Source of the DNA: an uncultured Candidatus Binatia bacterium
Lineage (GTDB): Bacteria; Desulfobacterota; Binatia; Bin18
Reading direction: 5' to 3'
DNA: 64,000 nucleotides
NCBI GenBank assembly: GCA_965200965.1
Contig: OZ241744.1
Location: 1,760,001-1,824,000 of the forward strand
The position numbers were made by a program, and so were the translations under genes. The notes beneath the pieces are model-generated. The model was not told where the DNA came from, did no database searches, and saw nothing but the letters and a program-made list of their open reading frames with translations. This document shows, piece by piece, positions 49,089-60,886 of the stretch. Each line of letters starts with the position of its first letter. Within the stretch, counting starts at the first letter, position 1.

Positions 49089-51317
49089 ATGAGGTACAGG
49101 CAGAGATTCAGGCGGCTGTTGGCCGCAGGGGTTGTCCTTCTTTTATCCGCGCCAAGCGCGTGGGGCTATTACTTTGACGAGCGTCGGGAGATGAGCCTGT
49201 CTGGCCAAGCCTATACCCGAGCGACTATTCAGACTGGCAAAGGCGATGAGATTGGGACCGGCAAGGGCCTGTGGAAGCGGGGCAATGTGGTCCAGCACCG
49301 CAACTACCTGACCCTGGAGTGGCGCCACAATCTGAACCGCCTGTCGCGTGAATTCCCGACCATCGGGACCTTGTTCCAGTATGTGAACCTGGACTCCCTT
49401 GATTACTACCTCAATGTGCGCGAGGAGTTTGAGGGTATCTGGGAGTATGGCGGCGCTTCGGCGCGCCGGCAACTTGACGGCGGCGGCGGGGCCGAGTTCT
49501 GGGATAAGTACTACGGCCGGCGTATGGATGCCGGTGGAAATTATTACATCAACAAATACCCTGGTGAGCTGGCCCGCTTTAAGGAATTCGGCTATGTCAG
49601 CAGCCAGAACTTCCTGGAAAAGCGAGTCCAGCAGTTCCGCCTGTTTGAGTGGTATTTCAACGTCACCAAAGGGCCGCTGTTCTTGCGGATTGGCCGCCAG
49701 AACCTGTCCTGGGGTGAAGCCGATTCCTTCCGTCTGCTTGACCAGATCAACCCGCTCGACAACGGCTTTGGCGGTTTCACCACCGCCCTGGACGAACGAC
49801 GGATCCCGCTGTTCATGGTCCGGGCGCAGTGGAACTTCGGGAGGGTCGGGCCGATTCAGGACCTGACCCTGGAAGGCTTTGTCGCCCCTGACCGTCGGAC
49901 GGCCGCGGTTCCGGCCCTGCACCAGGGCAGCATGTGGAATATCCCGACCAACACCTCGCCGGTCAGCGTCTATCGCATGCCGTGCGGCGGGCCGATCTAC
50001 GGCAAAGCACTCAAAAAAGCCGGGGACTTAGGATTCAACACCAACGGTGCCCAATTCAACTGCTCAACCCGTGCCCAGGGGCCGTCGAGCAGCATAGGCG
50101 ACAGCCGTGGCGGAGCGCGCATCATCGGCACAATCCGCGACTTTACCTTCTCTCTGGCCCACTACTATACCTGGTCGGACAGCGTGATGAGCGACGGGAC
50201 GATCGGCTCGCCAACGCCGGCCCATTTGGCCTGGGACACGCTGCCAGATGCGTTCACCGCTATCACCGGGCTGGAGGCCACCCCAGAGAACAACCCCTGG
50301 GGACCGAATGATCCGTGTTATCGAGGCAGCCCGGGCGGCGTCTTTGCCGGCGTCCCCTGCACCGTTGAGCGTACCCTGCCCGTCCCGATCCACGCCAAAC
50401 GGGTTCAGATCACTGGCGGCAGTCTGTCATTTCCACTGAACGCCCTGACCAGCCTGTTTGTCGATAGCAGCAGCCCCCTGTTCTACCTGTACACCACCAT
50501 CCGGGCTGAGTTCACCTACACCCGCAATAACCTGATGCGTGAGCAGTTCGCCGGCGGCAGCGAATCGCTGGAGAACATGAAGCGGTTCATGACCCGGCCC
50601 CTGCACCACGCCGGCGTCACACGGCATACGCTCTACGACCCGCGCTACCTGGCGGACGGTCTGTCGTCCAGCGAGGGAAACTGTGACGATCACATGGGCG
50701 TAGATGTGGGTGGCCTAACGGGTGTACGCGGTTGCCGGCGCGGTCATTTCTCGAGCCGTGACCAGTGGGCCTTCGTGCTCGGTATAGACCACATTCAGTG
50801 GATTCGGTTCCTGAACAAGAGCAACAGTTTTGTGTTCTCCGGCCAGTACTTCCACCGCCACACCAACAACGTCAAGCGCTACAAAAAAGGTATGCCAGTA
50901 GGGCGGGACAACGATACCCACTCAATCGGCGTGACGAGGCGGTCAGCCGCGCCAACCGGCGGGGAAGAATCGGACCGTGTTGGTGGCACCGGCAACCGGA
51001 CCACGGCCTGTCTGACCGTGGACGGCAGCAATATGCCGCCGTGTGATTTCAAGCGACTGCTCCAGATGCAGTCTACCTCACAGGTGTTCACCCTGGCCGT
51101 CACCACCAGCTATAAGGCAGGGAGTGTCCGGCCCCGGTTTGTCGTTTTCTACGACACGGCGGGTGCCTACCTGCTCCAGCCCGGTCTTGACTGGTGGTTC
51201 TGGGACCCGTTCCGGCTCAGCATCCGGTACAACTTCATTGACGGGAGATACACCGGAATCGGCTTCTTCAAATTCAAGGACAGCGTCTGGTTTGAGCTCC
51301 AGTACCTGCTGTACTGA
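49089..51317 (+). CDS. DUF1302 family outer-membrane protein
   Basis: Signal peptide, LRIGRQNLSWGE.D.FRLLDQINPLD..RIP, aromatic beta-strand C-terminus; context with DUF1329, YCF48 and RND. Confidence 0.8.
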   Translation: MRYRQRFRRLLAAGVVLLLSAPSAWGYYFDERREMSLSGQAYTRATIQTGKGDEIGTGKGLWKRGNVVQHRNYLTLEWRHNLNRLSREFPTIGTLFQYVNLDSLDYYLNVREEFEGIWEYGGASARRQLDGGGGAEFWDKYYGRRMDAGGNYYINKYPGELARFKEFGYVSSQNFLEKRVQQFRLFEWYFNVTKGPLFLRIGRQNLSWGEADSFRLLDQINPLDNGFGGFTTALDERRIPLFMVRAQWNFGRVGPIQDLTLEGFVAPDRRTAAVPALHQGSMWNIPTNTSPVSVYRMPCGGPIYGKALKKAGDLGFNTNGAQFNCSTRAQGPSSSIGDSRGGARIIGTIRDFTFSLAHYYTWSDSVMSDGTIGSPTPAHLAWDTLPDAFTAITGLEATPENNPWGPNDPCYRGSPGGVFAGVPCTVERTLPVPIHAKRVQITGGSLSFPLNALTSLFVDSSSPLFYLYTTIRAEFTYTRNNLMREQFAGGSESLENMKRFMTRPLHHAGVTRHTLYDPRYLADGLSSSEGNCDDHMGVDVGGLTGVRGCRRGHFSSRDQWAFVLGIDHIQWIRFLNKSNSFVFSGQYFHRHTNNVKRYKKGMPVGRDNDTHSIGVTRRSAAPTGGEESDRVGGTGNRTTACLTVDGSNMPPCDFKRLLQMQSTSQVFTLAVTTSYKAGSVRPRFVVFYDTAGAYLLQPGLDWWFWDPFRLSIRYNFIDGRYTGIGFFKFKDSVWFELQYLLY

Positions 51318-51515
51318 ACCGGGCCACTCGCTGGCTTACACGCCCGTGGGCGTCTTCCCACGGGAGCTTCCTGACACGGGCGGCGGATGCGTCGCCCGTG
51401 TTGCTTTTGGGCCGAATGATCCCGGCCCTGATCCAGGGACCCGGAAGCACGCCTGACAGCCTGCGCTCGATCCGACCGCCAGGAATAAGCCCGGCATTTC
51501 AGAGGTTATGCCCCT

Positions 51516-52505
51516 ATGAGTATGATCCGCGTTGAAAACGTGACCAAACGCTTCGGTCCCATCCTGGCCGTTGACAAGGTCTCCTTTCAGGTCTCTCGTG
51601 GCGAAGTGGTCGGTTTCCTCGGTCCGAACGGAGCCGGCAAAAGCACGACCATGCGCATTCTGGCCGGCTTTTTTCCGCCAACCTCGGGGCGGGCCAGCGT
51701 CGGCGATCATGATGTCGTCAGCCACGCCCATCAGGTCAAAGAGATCGTCGGCTATTTCCCCGAACGGGTGTCGGTGTATCCCGACCTGCCGGTTCACAAC
51801 TTTCTCAGGTTTGTGGCTGAGGCAAAAGGGGTCCCCCGGTCTGAACGCAAGAGAGCGGTCGGCACTGTGACGGAAGCCTGCGGCTTACAGGAAGTCAGAA
51901 CCCGCATCATTGGCCACCTGTCCAAGGGCTATCGCCAACGGGTCGGCATTGCCCAGGCCCTGATGCACCGGCCCCAGGTCCTGATCCTTGACGAGCCAAC
52001 TATTGGTCTTGACCCGGCCCAAGTGGTGGAGATTCGCAAATTGATCCGCACCCTGGGCTCAGAGCGGACCGTTATCCTGTCAACCCATATCCTGTCTGAG
52101 GTCAGCTCGGTGTGTGATCGGGTCATTATTATCAACCGGGGCCGTATTCTTGCCTCAGAATCGCTGGAAACCCTGCGCACCCAGCTGCACCGAAACCGCC
52201 AGGTTCGGGTTGCAGTGACCGGTGCCCATGCCCGTGTTCCGGAAGCCCTGAACCGCCTACCCGGCGTGGTCCAGGTGCGTCCGGACCAAGTCGCCCACCC
52301 CGCGGGGGACGGCTCCACGGGCTGGATCGTTGAACACGGGGGCGAGGATGTACGAACCGAGATCAGCCAGGCGGTCCTTGATCAGGGCTGCGGCTTGCTC
52401 GAGCTTCGCTCTCTGGAGCCAACCCTGGAGGATATGTATTTGCAGTTGATCCGCCAGGCCCAGGAAGAATACCAAGCGGGACATACAGGCCGGGGAGAAC
52501 GATGA
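51516..52505 (+). CDS. ABC transporter ATP-binding protein (GldA-like)
   Basis: GPNGAGKST, LSKGYRQRVGIAQA and LDEPTIGLDP. Confidence 0.9.
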   Translation: MSMIRVENVTKRFGPILAVDKVSFQVSRGEVVGFLGPNGAGKSTTMRILAGFFPPTSGRASVGDHDVVSHAHQVKEIVGYFPERVSVYPDLPVHNFLRFVAEAKGVPRSERKRAVGTVTEACGLQEVRTRIIGHLSKGYRQRVGIAQALMHRPQVLILDEPTIGLDPAQVVEIRKLIRTLGSERTVILSTHILSEVSSVCDRVIIINRGRILASESLETLRTQLHRNRQVRVAVTGAHARVPEALNRLPGVVQVRPDQVAHPAGDGSTGWIVEHGGEDVRTEISQAVLDQGCGLLELRSLEPTLEDMYLQLIRQAQEEYQAGHTGRGER

Positions 52506-53233
52506 AATTCTGGTGCGTTTTCAAAAAAGAGCTTCAGGTCTACTACGGTTCGTTCATCGCCTACGCCTTGTCTATGGCCTTTCTGGTCCTGGCCGGATAT
52601 TTTTTTTACACCGACATGATCTTCTACGACCTGTTCGGCGACTTCATGGATATCACCACCTCGCTGTGGTTCTACTATTTTCAGGACCTGCGCTTTTTCA
52701 GCCTGCTCATCCTGCCCCTGCTGACCATGCGCCTGTTTGCCGAGGAAAAAAAGCTGGGCACGATCGAGCTGCTGTGGACCTATCCGCTCAAGGACTCGCA
52801 CCTCATTTTGGGCAAGTTCCTGGCCAGCTTTTTTGTATTTTTCCTGATGCTGGCCGCCACCCTGCTCTACCCGCTGCTGCTGTCAACGATTCACGCCTTT
52901 GCCTGGGGGCCACCCCTGTCGGGCTACTGCGGCATTCTGCTGCTGGGCGCGTCCTTTATTGCCTGCGGCACATTTATCTCGTCACTGACCGAGAATCAGC
53001 TGGTCAGCGCCATGTCAACCTATGCGGTGCTGGTCTCGTGGTGGTTTTTGACCTGGAATGAAGAGGCGGTCGGGGACGAGTTGCTGGGGATTTCCCTGTT
53101 TGATCGCTTTGAGCCGTTTGCCAAGGGCGTGATCAACACCAAAGATGTCTTCTTTTTTGTGATCGTCACCCTGGTGTTCCTCTATCTGACCCTCCGATCC
53201 ATGGAGTCGCGGAAATGGCGCGGGACACGTTAG
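52502..53233 (+). CDS. ABC-2 permease (GldF-like)
   Basis: PLLTMRLFAEEKKLGTIELL and SSLTENQ. Confidence 0.88.
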   Translation: MKFWCVFKKELQVYYGSFIAYALSMAFLVLAGYFFYTDMIFYDLFGDFMDITTSLWFYYFQDLRFFSLLILPLLTMRLFAEEKKLGTIELLWTYPLKDSHLILGKFLASFFVFFLMLAATLLYPLLLSTIHAFAWGPPLSGYCGILLLGASFIACGTFISSLTENQLVSAMSTYAVLVSWWFLTWNEEAVGDELLGISLFDRFEPFAKGVINTKDVFFFVIVTLVFLYLTLRSMESRKWRGTR

Positions 53234-54627
53234 AAGACCTCACTGCACCGGACCCCGGGACCGGTCTGTGGCCGGGCGCGGAAACCGTTCGGCGCAGCTG
53301 CCTGTTGGGGCTTGAGATCGGGTTCGTGCTGGGAATAGTCTTTTCGCTGGGCAGCCTGATCGGTCGTTGGAATGCCCGCTTTGATCTCACCCCCAACCAG
53401 AAGTACAGCCTGGCCCCCATCACCGTCCAAACCCTGGACAGCATCACCTTTCCGGTCCAAGCCACCATTTTTTACCGACGCGGCGACCGTGAAAAGCATG
53501 ACGAACTGCTCAGCCTGATGCACCAGGCAAACGCGCTGTTCCAATACCGCTTATACGACCTCGACCGTGCCCCCGGCCTGGCCCAACGCTATGGGGTCAC
53601 GGCCTATGGGACGGTCATCCTGGAGTCGGCCGACAATCGGGTAACCCTGCCGATGGTGGACGAAGAGCGTCTGCTGAACGCGCTGCTGCGCGTCTCCCAG
53701 AGCCAGAAAAGCGTCTATTTCCTGGTCGGTCACGGCGAGAATAATCCGGGCGACAGCCAGGAACGCAACGGCTATGGCGTAGTCCGGCAGGTCCTGGAAA
53801 CCGAAAACTATCAGGTCCGCCCCCTGGCCCTGCTCCAGACCAGACAGGTTCCGTCCGACGCCAACCTCGTTATTGTCAGCGGCCCCAAGGAAGACCTGGC
53901 CCCGGCCGAGTTAGCGGCCCTCACGACCTATCTCGACGCCGGCGGGAACGCCTTGCTAATGCTCGACCCCTTTACCGTGCCCCGTCTGTCCGCCTACTTG
54001 GCCCGGTTCGGGCTGCGCCTAGCCGAAGATGTGGTGATTGATGAAGAGCGCGGCGTGGCCGGTGGAGAGCCGCTGATGCCGATCATCTCGGATTTTGCCG
54101 AAGACATTTTTCCCCGCCGGCTAAGCGGCTCGCCAATTCTGCCCTACACCCGTCCGGTTCGCGTTCAGGACGGCCAAGCCACCCCATTTGCCTTCTCCAG
54201 CGAAGGCAGTTGGGCCTTAAAGAACAGAGCCCGGGCCGAACAAGAGGGACTGTATTTCAAAGAGGGTGAGGACGAGCGCGGCCCCATTCCGGTCGCCGCG
54301 GTCGCCGCGGTCGGCACAGAGCGGTCGGGCAAGTTGGTCGTGCTGGGCGACTCAGACTTTGTGAACAATTTTTACGCCCGCATTCCGGGCAATGTGGACT
54401 TCTTTATGAATACGGTCGGCTGGATGTTGGGACGCCAGCAGCTGATCAGCATGGGCCGCAACCCGGGCGGCATCCCCGACCAGAAACGGGTCTCAACTCC
54501 CCGTCAGAGCTTATACCTCTCCGAGTTGCAGAAGCGTCGCTTCTTCTGGTTGATGGTCGTCCTCGAACCTGCCCTGGTCCTGGCCATCGGTCTGTGTATT
54601 GCCGTTCAACGGAGAAGACGCGGATGA
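53215..54627 (+). CDS. GldG-like ABC auxiliary protein
   Basis: FDLT....YSL, YFLVGHGE and VLGDSDF; C-terminal TM. Start uncertain. Confidence 0.82.
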   Translation: MARDTLEDLTAPDPGTGLWPGAETVRRSCLLGLEIGFVLGIVFSLGSLIGRWNARFDLTPNQKYSLAPITVQTLDSITFPVQATIFYRRGDREKHDELLSLMHQANALFQYRLYDLDRAPGLAQRYGVTAYGTVILESADNRVTLPMVDEERLLNALLRVSQSQKSVYFLVGHGENNPGDSQERNGYGVVRQVLETENYQVRPLALLQTRQVPSDANLVIVSGPKEDLAPAELAALTTYLDAGGNALLMLDPFTVPRLSAYLARFGLRLAEDVVIDEERGVAGGEPLMPIISDFAEDIFPRRLSGSPILPYTRPVRVQDGQATPFAFSSEGSWALKNRARAEQEGLYFKEGEDERGPIPVAAVAAVGTERSGKLVVLGDSDFVNNFYARIPGNVDFFMNTVGWMLGRQQLISMGRNPGGIPDQKRVSTPRQSLYLSELQKRRFFWLMVVLEPALVLAIGLCIAVQRRRRG

Positions 54628-55169
54628 GCCTGTCAGCAGAAAGTCGTCGAGTTATTGGGCTGGGACTCATCGCGCTCGCCCTGGGCAGCTACACTTATCT
54701 CAGCGCTCCCAAAAGCCGGCCCCTCAGCCGACCTCAAGCTACCGCCGACCGGGAACGCCCGGCCCTGAACTTTACGGCCAAAGAAGTTACCCGGATTGAG
54801 CTGGTGTATAGACAACAACACCTGGTCTGCCAGCGCGGCAAAGACGGCTGGCAAGTGGCCGCAACCGGGATGCCGATCCGTGCCGAAGCGGTCCAGGACT
54901 TTCTGAGCAATCTCGGCAAGCTGCTTCACCTTGGCGATGTCGAAGGCATACAGGAAGAGCTGGGCGAATATGGCCTCAAGCCGCCTCAGGCCTCAATTAC
55001 CCTGCTGAGCGGCCAGGAAACGCGCCGGCTGCGCATCGGCACCCGCAATCCGGTCCAGAGCAGCCTGTACGCCCAGATCAACGATTCGCCCCAGGTCCTG
55101 CTTGTCGGTGCCGTTGTCCTGTGGGACATACGCAAGCTGTTCACCGCCGCCAACCAGGCCCAGGGATAG
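54624..55169 (+). CDS. DUF4340-like protein
   Basis: N-terminal TM, EYGLKPP and L.IG.RNP..SLYA; usual fourth gene of Gld-like ABC operons. Confidence 0.7.
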   Translation: MSLSAESRRVIGLGLIALALGSYTYLSAPKSRPLSRPQATADRERPALNFTAKEVTRIELVYRQQHLVCQRGKDGWQVAATGMPIRAEAVQDFLSNLGKLLHLGDVEGIQEELGEYGLKPPQASITLLSGQETRRLRIGTRNPVQSSLYAQINDSPQVLLVGAVVLWDIRKLFTAANQAQG

Positions 55170-55220
55170 GGCCGACAGCACGCCTTCTCAGACCGGCGTC
55201 TTTGGCCGCGATCTCTCCCA

Positions 55221-55249
55221 TTGTCTCGCCAATCAGAATTTGCTATGGT
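55221..55249 (+). promoter_or_regulatory. Putative sigma70 promoter with extended -10
   Basis: TTGTCT-17 nt-TATGGT with the TG extension (TGcTATGGT). Confidence 0.55.
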
Positions 55250-55304
55250 GGCGATCGGTCACTAGCTGACCGTCTGTATTCGCTGAGTGAGTTGGTTCGA
55301 GAGC

Positions 55305-55346
55305 AAAGGCCCGGGAACCCGCTCATGGTTCCCCGGGCCTTTTTTT
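55305..55346 (+). terminator. Intrinsic terminator in the leader of the RRM gene
   Basis: AAAGGCCCGGGAACC-loop-GGTTCCCCGGGCC followed by T7. Confidence 0.75.
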
Positions 55347-55365
55347 ACCACGACGGAGGAGAAAC

Positions 55366-55644
55366 GTGGCAAACAAGCTTTTTGTTGGAAATCTGCCCTT
55401 TAGCGCGACCAATCAGGATCTCGAAGAACTCTTTGCTCAGTCGGGGGCCGTGACATCGGTCAACATCATTATGGACAAGTTTACCGGCCGTTCGCGCGGG
55501 TTTGGCTTTGTCGAAATGGGCACTGACGAAGAGGCGCGGGCGGCCATCGAGCGCTTCCATGAGTACGAACTGAACGGCCGGCCGCTGACGGTCAACGAGG
55601 CCAAGCCCAAAGAACCGCGCGGTGAGGGCCGCGAGCGCTGGTAG
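55366..55644 (+). CDS. RRM RNA-binding protein
   Basis: KLFVGNL (RNP2), RGFGFVEM (RNP1) and LTVNEAKP; GGAGGA RBS with a GTG start. Confidence 0.95.
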   Translation: MANKLFVGNLPFSATNQDLEELFAQSGAVTSVNIIMDKFTGRSRGFGFVEMGTDEEARAAIERFHEYELNGRPLTVNEAKPKEPRGEGRERW

Positions 55645-55699
55645 CCCCAGCCGCTCATGTCCGTCGCTCCGATCCTATGCGCCAGGCAGGGAGGTCGTC

Positions 55700-56308
55700 T
55701 TGAGTACGCGTCTGTATGTCGGAAATCTACCCTCACGTCTGTGTTTTCCCGAACTGGAAGACTTGTTTACCCCGTTTGGTCCGATCGCCACGGCCGAGCT
55801 GATTACCGACCCGGCCACCGGCTGGTCGCGCGGCTTCGGCTTTGTTGAGATGACCAACAACGAAGACGCCCAAGCCGCCGTAACGGCCCTGAACGGCCAC
55901 GAGGTGGAGGGCAATACCCTCGTTGTCAACGAAGCCAGCCTGATGCGTGGAGGTCCGCGAGACAGAGGCCCACGGTTCGGTGGGGGAGACGGCGGACGAT
56001 CGTCGGGCGGTCCGCCACGTTCACGCGGGACCCGTCTATTTGTCGGCAACCTGCCCTATAGCGCCAGCGCTTCAGATGTTGAAACCTTGCTCAAAGAAGC
56101 CGGAACCGTGGCCAGTGTCGGTCTCGTGACAGACCGCGGGACCGGCCAGTCAAAAGGCTTCGCCTTTGTTGAGATGGGATCAAAAGAAGAGGCCGAGGCG
56201 GCTATCAAGCGCTTTAACGGCCAGACCCAACTCGGGCGCGTGCTCAAAGTGAACGAAGCCCGGCCGGCAGAGCGGCGGGGCGGTGGCGGCGGACGCCGCC
56301 GCTATTAG
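55700..56308 (+). CDS. Tandem two-RRM RNA-binding protein with Gly/Arg linker
   Basis: LYVGNL..RGFGFVEM and LFVGNL..KGFAFVEM; TTG start after GGAGG. Confidence 0.9.
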   Translation: MSTRLYVGNLPSRLCFPELEDLFTPFGPIATAELITDPATGWSRGFGFVEMTNNEDAQAAVTALNGHEVEGNTLVVNEASLMRGGPRDRGPRFGGGDGGRSSGGPPRSRGTRLFVGNLPYSASASDVETLLKEAGTVASVGLVTDRGTGQSKGFAFVEMGSKEEAEAAIKRFNGQTQLGRVLKVNEARPAERRGGGGGRRRY

Positions 56309-56357
56309 ACCACAGGCGTCCCGCCCGGTTCTGAAGTCCACAGGCCAGGGGTACGGC

Positions 56358-57659
56358 TCAAAACCCTGCCCCTTGTTCCTCGCCGGTGCCGGTCGCAAGA
56401 CTGTAAAACACCAGGCCGGTCAGGAGTTTCGGATAGAAATAGGTTGATTTGTGGGGCATGGTCTCCCCCCCGGCACACACCTGCTGCACCTGCTGATACG
56501 GAGTCGGGTTCAGCAGAAAAGCGGCTTGGCAGCACCCCTCAGCCACCGCTTGCAGAGCCTCCTGGTCGCTGCTGGTATACGAGACGACTTCTTCCTGCCG
56601 CTCGGGCCTGAGGCCCAAGACACGCCCCAAGAGCACATCGTGCAGGACCGTCACATCAACAGCCCGCAGGGCGGCAGATGTGCCCGCACCCCGATTGACC
56701 CGATCGTCAAAGGACAACAGCCAGTAGTGTTCAGCCCCGGCTACAGCACAGCCGATCCGCCGTTCGGTCCCGCGGTCGCGGAGCGCGACCAGGAAATCCG
56801 CGGCCTGCCGCCGGGCGTACAGCCGCAGCCGGAAATCCCGACTGAAAACGGCCCGCAAGGCGTTCACGCTCGGCAGGGGCGCGTCGTGAAGCAGGCGGTG
56901 GGTGGGCAGAATCACCACGCCTTCGTCCTCGGCGTTGGCCACATACGCCAAGACATACCGCATCGCGGCCTCGGGCGGTGTACGCACCACAAGGTTTTCC
57001 CGGCAATAGCGCAGCGCGGTCTCATAGCGATGATGGCCGTCGGCAATAATCAGGGACTCCGCAGACAAACCCGCCACCACTTCGGCGATCATGGCCGGGT
57101 TTGTCACCCGCCAGACGGTGTGTCGGTTGTTGTATCCGTCTGTGACGGTGATAATCGGCCGGCCAGTCAGTTCCGCGGCCAGGACCCGTTCAATTGACCA
57201 GTCTTTGCGCATGTACAACAAAAACACCGGGCTGAGTTGCGCCCGACAGGCTCTGAGTAAAGCCAAGCGATCTTTTTTGGCGTCCTCAAAGGTTCGCTCG
57301 TGGGGACGAATGACACCGCTGGCAAACTCTTCGAGCCGGACCGCGGCTAGGAGCCCGGTGCGGCGACGCGGGCGGCCATCGGGCAGGCTGAAGTCCTGGC
57401 TGTAGACGTACAGCGAAGGCTCGGGGTCCTGCATCAAGACCCGTTTTTCACGCCAGATGCACCACAGATTGGCCGCGGCGGCATAGCGCTCCGCGGTCTG
57501 ATTCAGGTCGAGATGAATCGCGTTATAGGGGCTCTGGCTGTGGAGCAGGGTCTGTTGGTGGGCGGAGATCACATCGTAGGGCGGGCAGACGAGCGCTTGC
57601 AGGTCGCCGGCCACCGCCGGATTGTAACGGATGCCGCGAAAGGCTCGAAGGTGTGCCAT
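56358..57659 (-). CDS. DUF1015 family protein
   Basis: CPPYDVIS, IRPHERT, IADGHHRYETA and MPHKSTYFYPKLLTG. Confidence 0.92.
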   Translation of the reverse strand: MAHLRAFRGIRYNPAVAGDLQALVCPPYDVISAHQQTLLHSQSPYNAIHLDLNQTAERYAAAANLWCIWREKRVLMQDPEPSLYVYSQDFSLPDGRPRRRTGLLAAVRLEEFASGVIRPHERTFEDAKKDRLALLRACRAQLSPVFLLYMRKDWSIERVLAAELTGRPIITVTDGYNNRHTVWRVTNPAMIAEVVAGLSAESLIIADGHHRYETALRYCRENLVVRTPPEAAMRYVLAYVANAEDEGVVILPTHRLLHDAPLPSVNALRAVFSRDFRLRLYARRQAADFLVALRDRGTERRIGCAVAGAEHYWLLSFDDRVNRGAGTSAALRAVDVTVLHDVLLGRVLGLRPERQEEVVSYTSSDQEALQAVAEGCCQAAFLLNPTPYQQVQQVCAGGETMPHKSTYFYPKLLTGLVFYSLATGTGEEQGAGF

Positions 57660-58945
57660 CAGTCTTGCGAGGCGGTACGCTGGAAGGCCCGCCAACCGAT
57701 ATCACGCCGGTAGTGCATACCCGGCCAGCTCATCTGTTCAACGGCGCGGTAGGTGTTGGCCAGGGCCGCCCGAAAATCGCGCCCGCAGCCCGTCACGCCC
57801 AAGACCCGCCCGCCCCTGGTGACAAAGCGGTCGTCCTGTTTTGCCGTTCCGGCGTGGAAGACCACCCCCTCCGACCAGTCGTGGAGGGCGTCCAAGCCGC
57901 TGATCGGATGACCAGTTTCATAGCTGCCGGGGTAACCCTTGGCCGCCAGCACCACACATACGGCCGGGCGTTCATCCCATACCAGGGACACATCGGCCAG
58001 GCGTTCATCAATGACCGCTTCCATCACCTCAACCAAATCGGACTTGAGACGGAGCATCAACGGCTGGCATTCCGGGTCGCCAAAACGGACATTGAACTCA
58101 AGCACCTTGGGCCCGTCCCGGGTGAGCATCAGCCCCGCGTACACGATCCCTTTGTAGACAATGCCCCGCTGTCTCAAGCCGTGGAGGGTGGGGGATAGAA
58201 TCTCCTCAAGAATCTGTGCGGACAGCCGGGGCGTTATCACCGGGGCCGGAGAATAGGCACCCATACCGCCGGTATTTGGCCCCTGGTCGGCGTCAAAAAC
58301 GCGCTTATGGTCCTGCGCAGACGCTAACGGGAGCAGGCTCGTGCCGTCGCTCAAGGCCAGAAACGAGACTTCTTCACCCTCCAGGAACTCTTCAATCACC
58401 ACCCGGTCGCCGGCCGCGCCAAAGGCCCGTGCCCGCATAATATGCTCAATTGCCACGTCGGCGGCCTCGGGCGTGGGACAGATCAGCACGCCTTTCCCCG
58501 CGGCCAGACCGTCGGCCTTGACCACCAGCGGCGCGCCAAGGCTGGCCACATAGCGATGTGCCTCGTCCGGGTCAGTACAGGAGTGAAACGTGGGTGAGGC
58601 CACCCCCTGGTCGCGCAACAACTGGCGGGTAAAGGCTTTGCTGGCCTCCAGCTGGGCAGCCTGACGCCGCGGACCAAAGATACGCAGGCCGGCGGCCTCA
58701 AAAGCGTCAACAATGCCCAGACTCAGTGGCAGTTCGGGACCGACTACGGTCAGATCAATGCGCTGAACTTGGGCAAAGCGCACCAGACCCGGAATGTCTT
58801 CGGGGGTGAGGGTGACCAGCTCGGCCAATTCCGCCATGCCCGGGTTGCCCGGGGCGCAATAGAGCCGGGATACCCGCGGACTGTGGCGAATCTTCCACAC
58901 CAGGGCGTGCTCACGGCCACCGCTGCCAATGACAAGCACCCTCAT
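57659..58945 (-). CDS. purD: Phosphoribosylamine--glycine ligase
   Basis: IGSGGREHAL, KADGLAAGKGV, GPNTGGMGAY and EFNVRFGDPE. Confidence 0.97.
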   Translation of the reverse strand: MRVLVIGSGGREHALVWKIRHSPRVSRLYCAPGNPGMAELAELVTLTPEDIPGLVRFAQVQRIDLTVVGPELPLSLGIVDAFEAAGLRIFGPRRQAAQLEASKAFTRQLLRDQGVASPTFHSCTDPDEAHRYVASLGAPLVVKADGLAAGKGVLICPTPEAADVAIEHIMRARAFGAAGDRVVIEEFLEGEEVSFLALSDGTSLLPLASAQDHKRVFDADQGPNTGGMGAYSPAPVITPRLSAQILEEILSPTLHGLRQRGIVYKGIVYAGLMLTRDGPKVLEFNVRFGDPECQPLMLRLKSDLVEVMEAVIDERLADVSLVWDERPAVCVVLAAKGYPGSYETGHPISGLDALHDWSEGVVFHAGTAKQDDRFVTRGGRVLGVTGCGRDFRAALANTYRAVEQMSWPGMHYRRDIGWRAFQRTASQD

Positions 58946-58946
58946 C

Positions 58947-60530
<1,584 letters not shown>

Positions 60531-60654
60531 CAACTCTCCTCCCCCTTGTCTGGCTGCGCATGTGCGAGGGGACATACCAAAAGCCCGGCGGCTTGTCCAG
60601 GGACGGCCGCTATGGCTTGTCAAGCTCGGGGCGAAGGCATATGGTGGGACGGTT

Positions 60655-60855
60655 ATGAGGATTGTCCTTAACGGCGAAGAGCGCGAGTGTCAGGACGGAT
60701 GGACACTGGCGGACCTGGTCAAAGACCTGGGCCTCAGCCACAAGCGCATTGCCGCTGAGGTGAATCGAGACATCATCCCCCGCACCGAGTATGACCAGCA
60801 GCGTCTCCAGGCCGACGATGTGGTTGAAGTCATCAACTTTGTGGGCGGGGGATAG
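60655..60855 (+). CDS. thiS: Sulfur carrier protein
   Basis: [17 protein letters not shown]; precedes thiG. Confidence 0.93.
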   Translation: MRIVLNGEERECQDGWTLADLVKDLGLSHKRIAAEVNRDIIPRTEYDQQRLQADDVVEVINFVGGG

Positions 60856-60886
60856 CGGGCAGCATGCAGAACGGGGCAGGTGGACT

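Noticed and set aside
60531-60654. TPP riboswitch upstream of thiSGE
   Set aside because: No CTGAGA or other TPP aptamer core is visible in this short divergent intergenic region.
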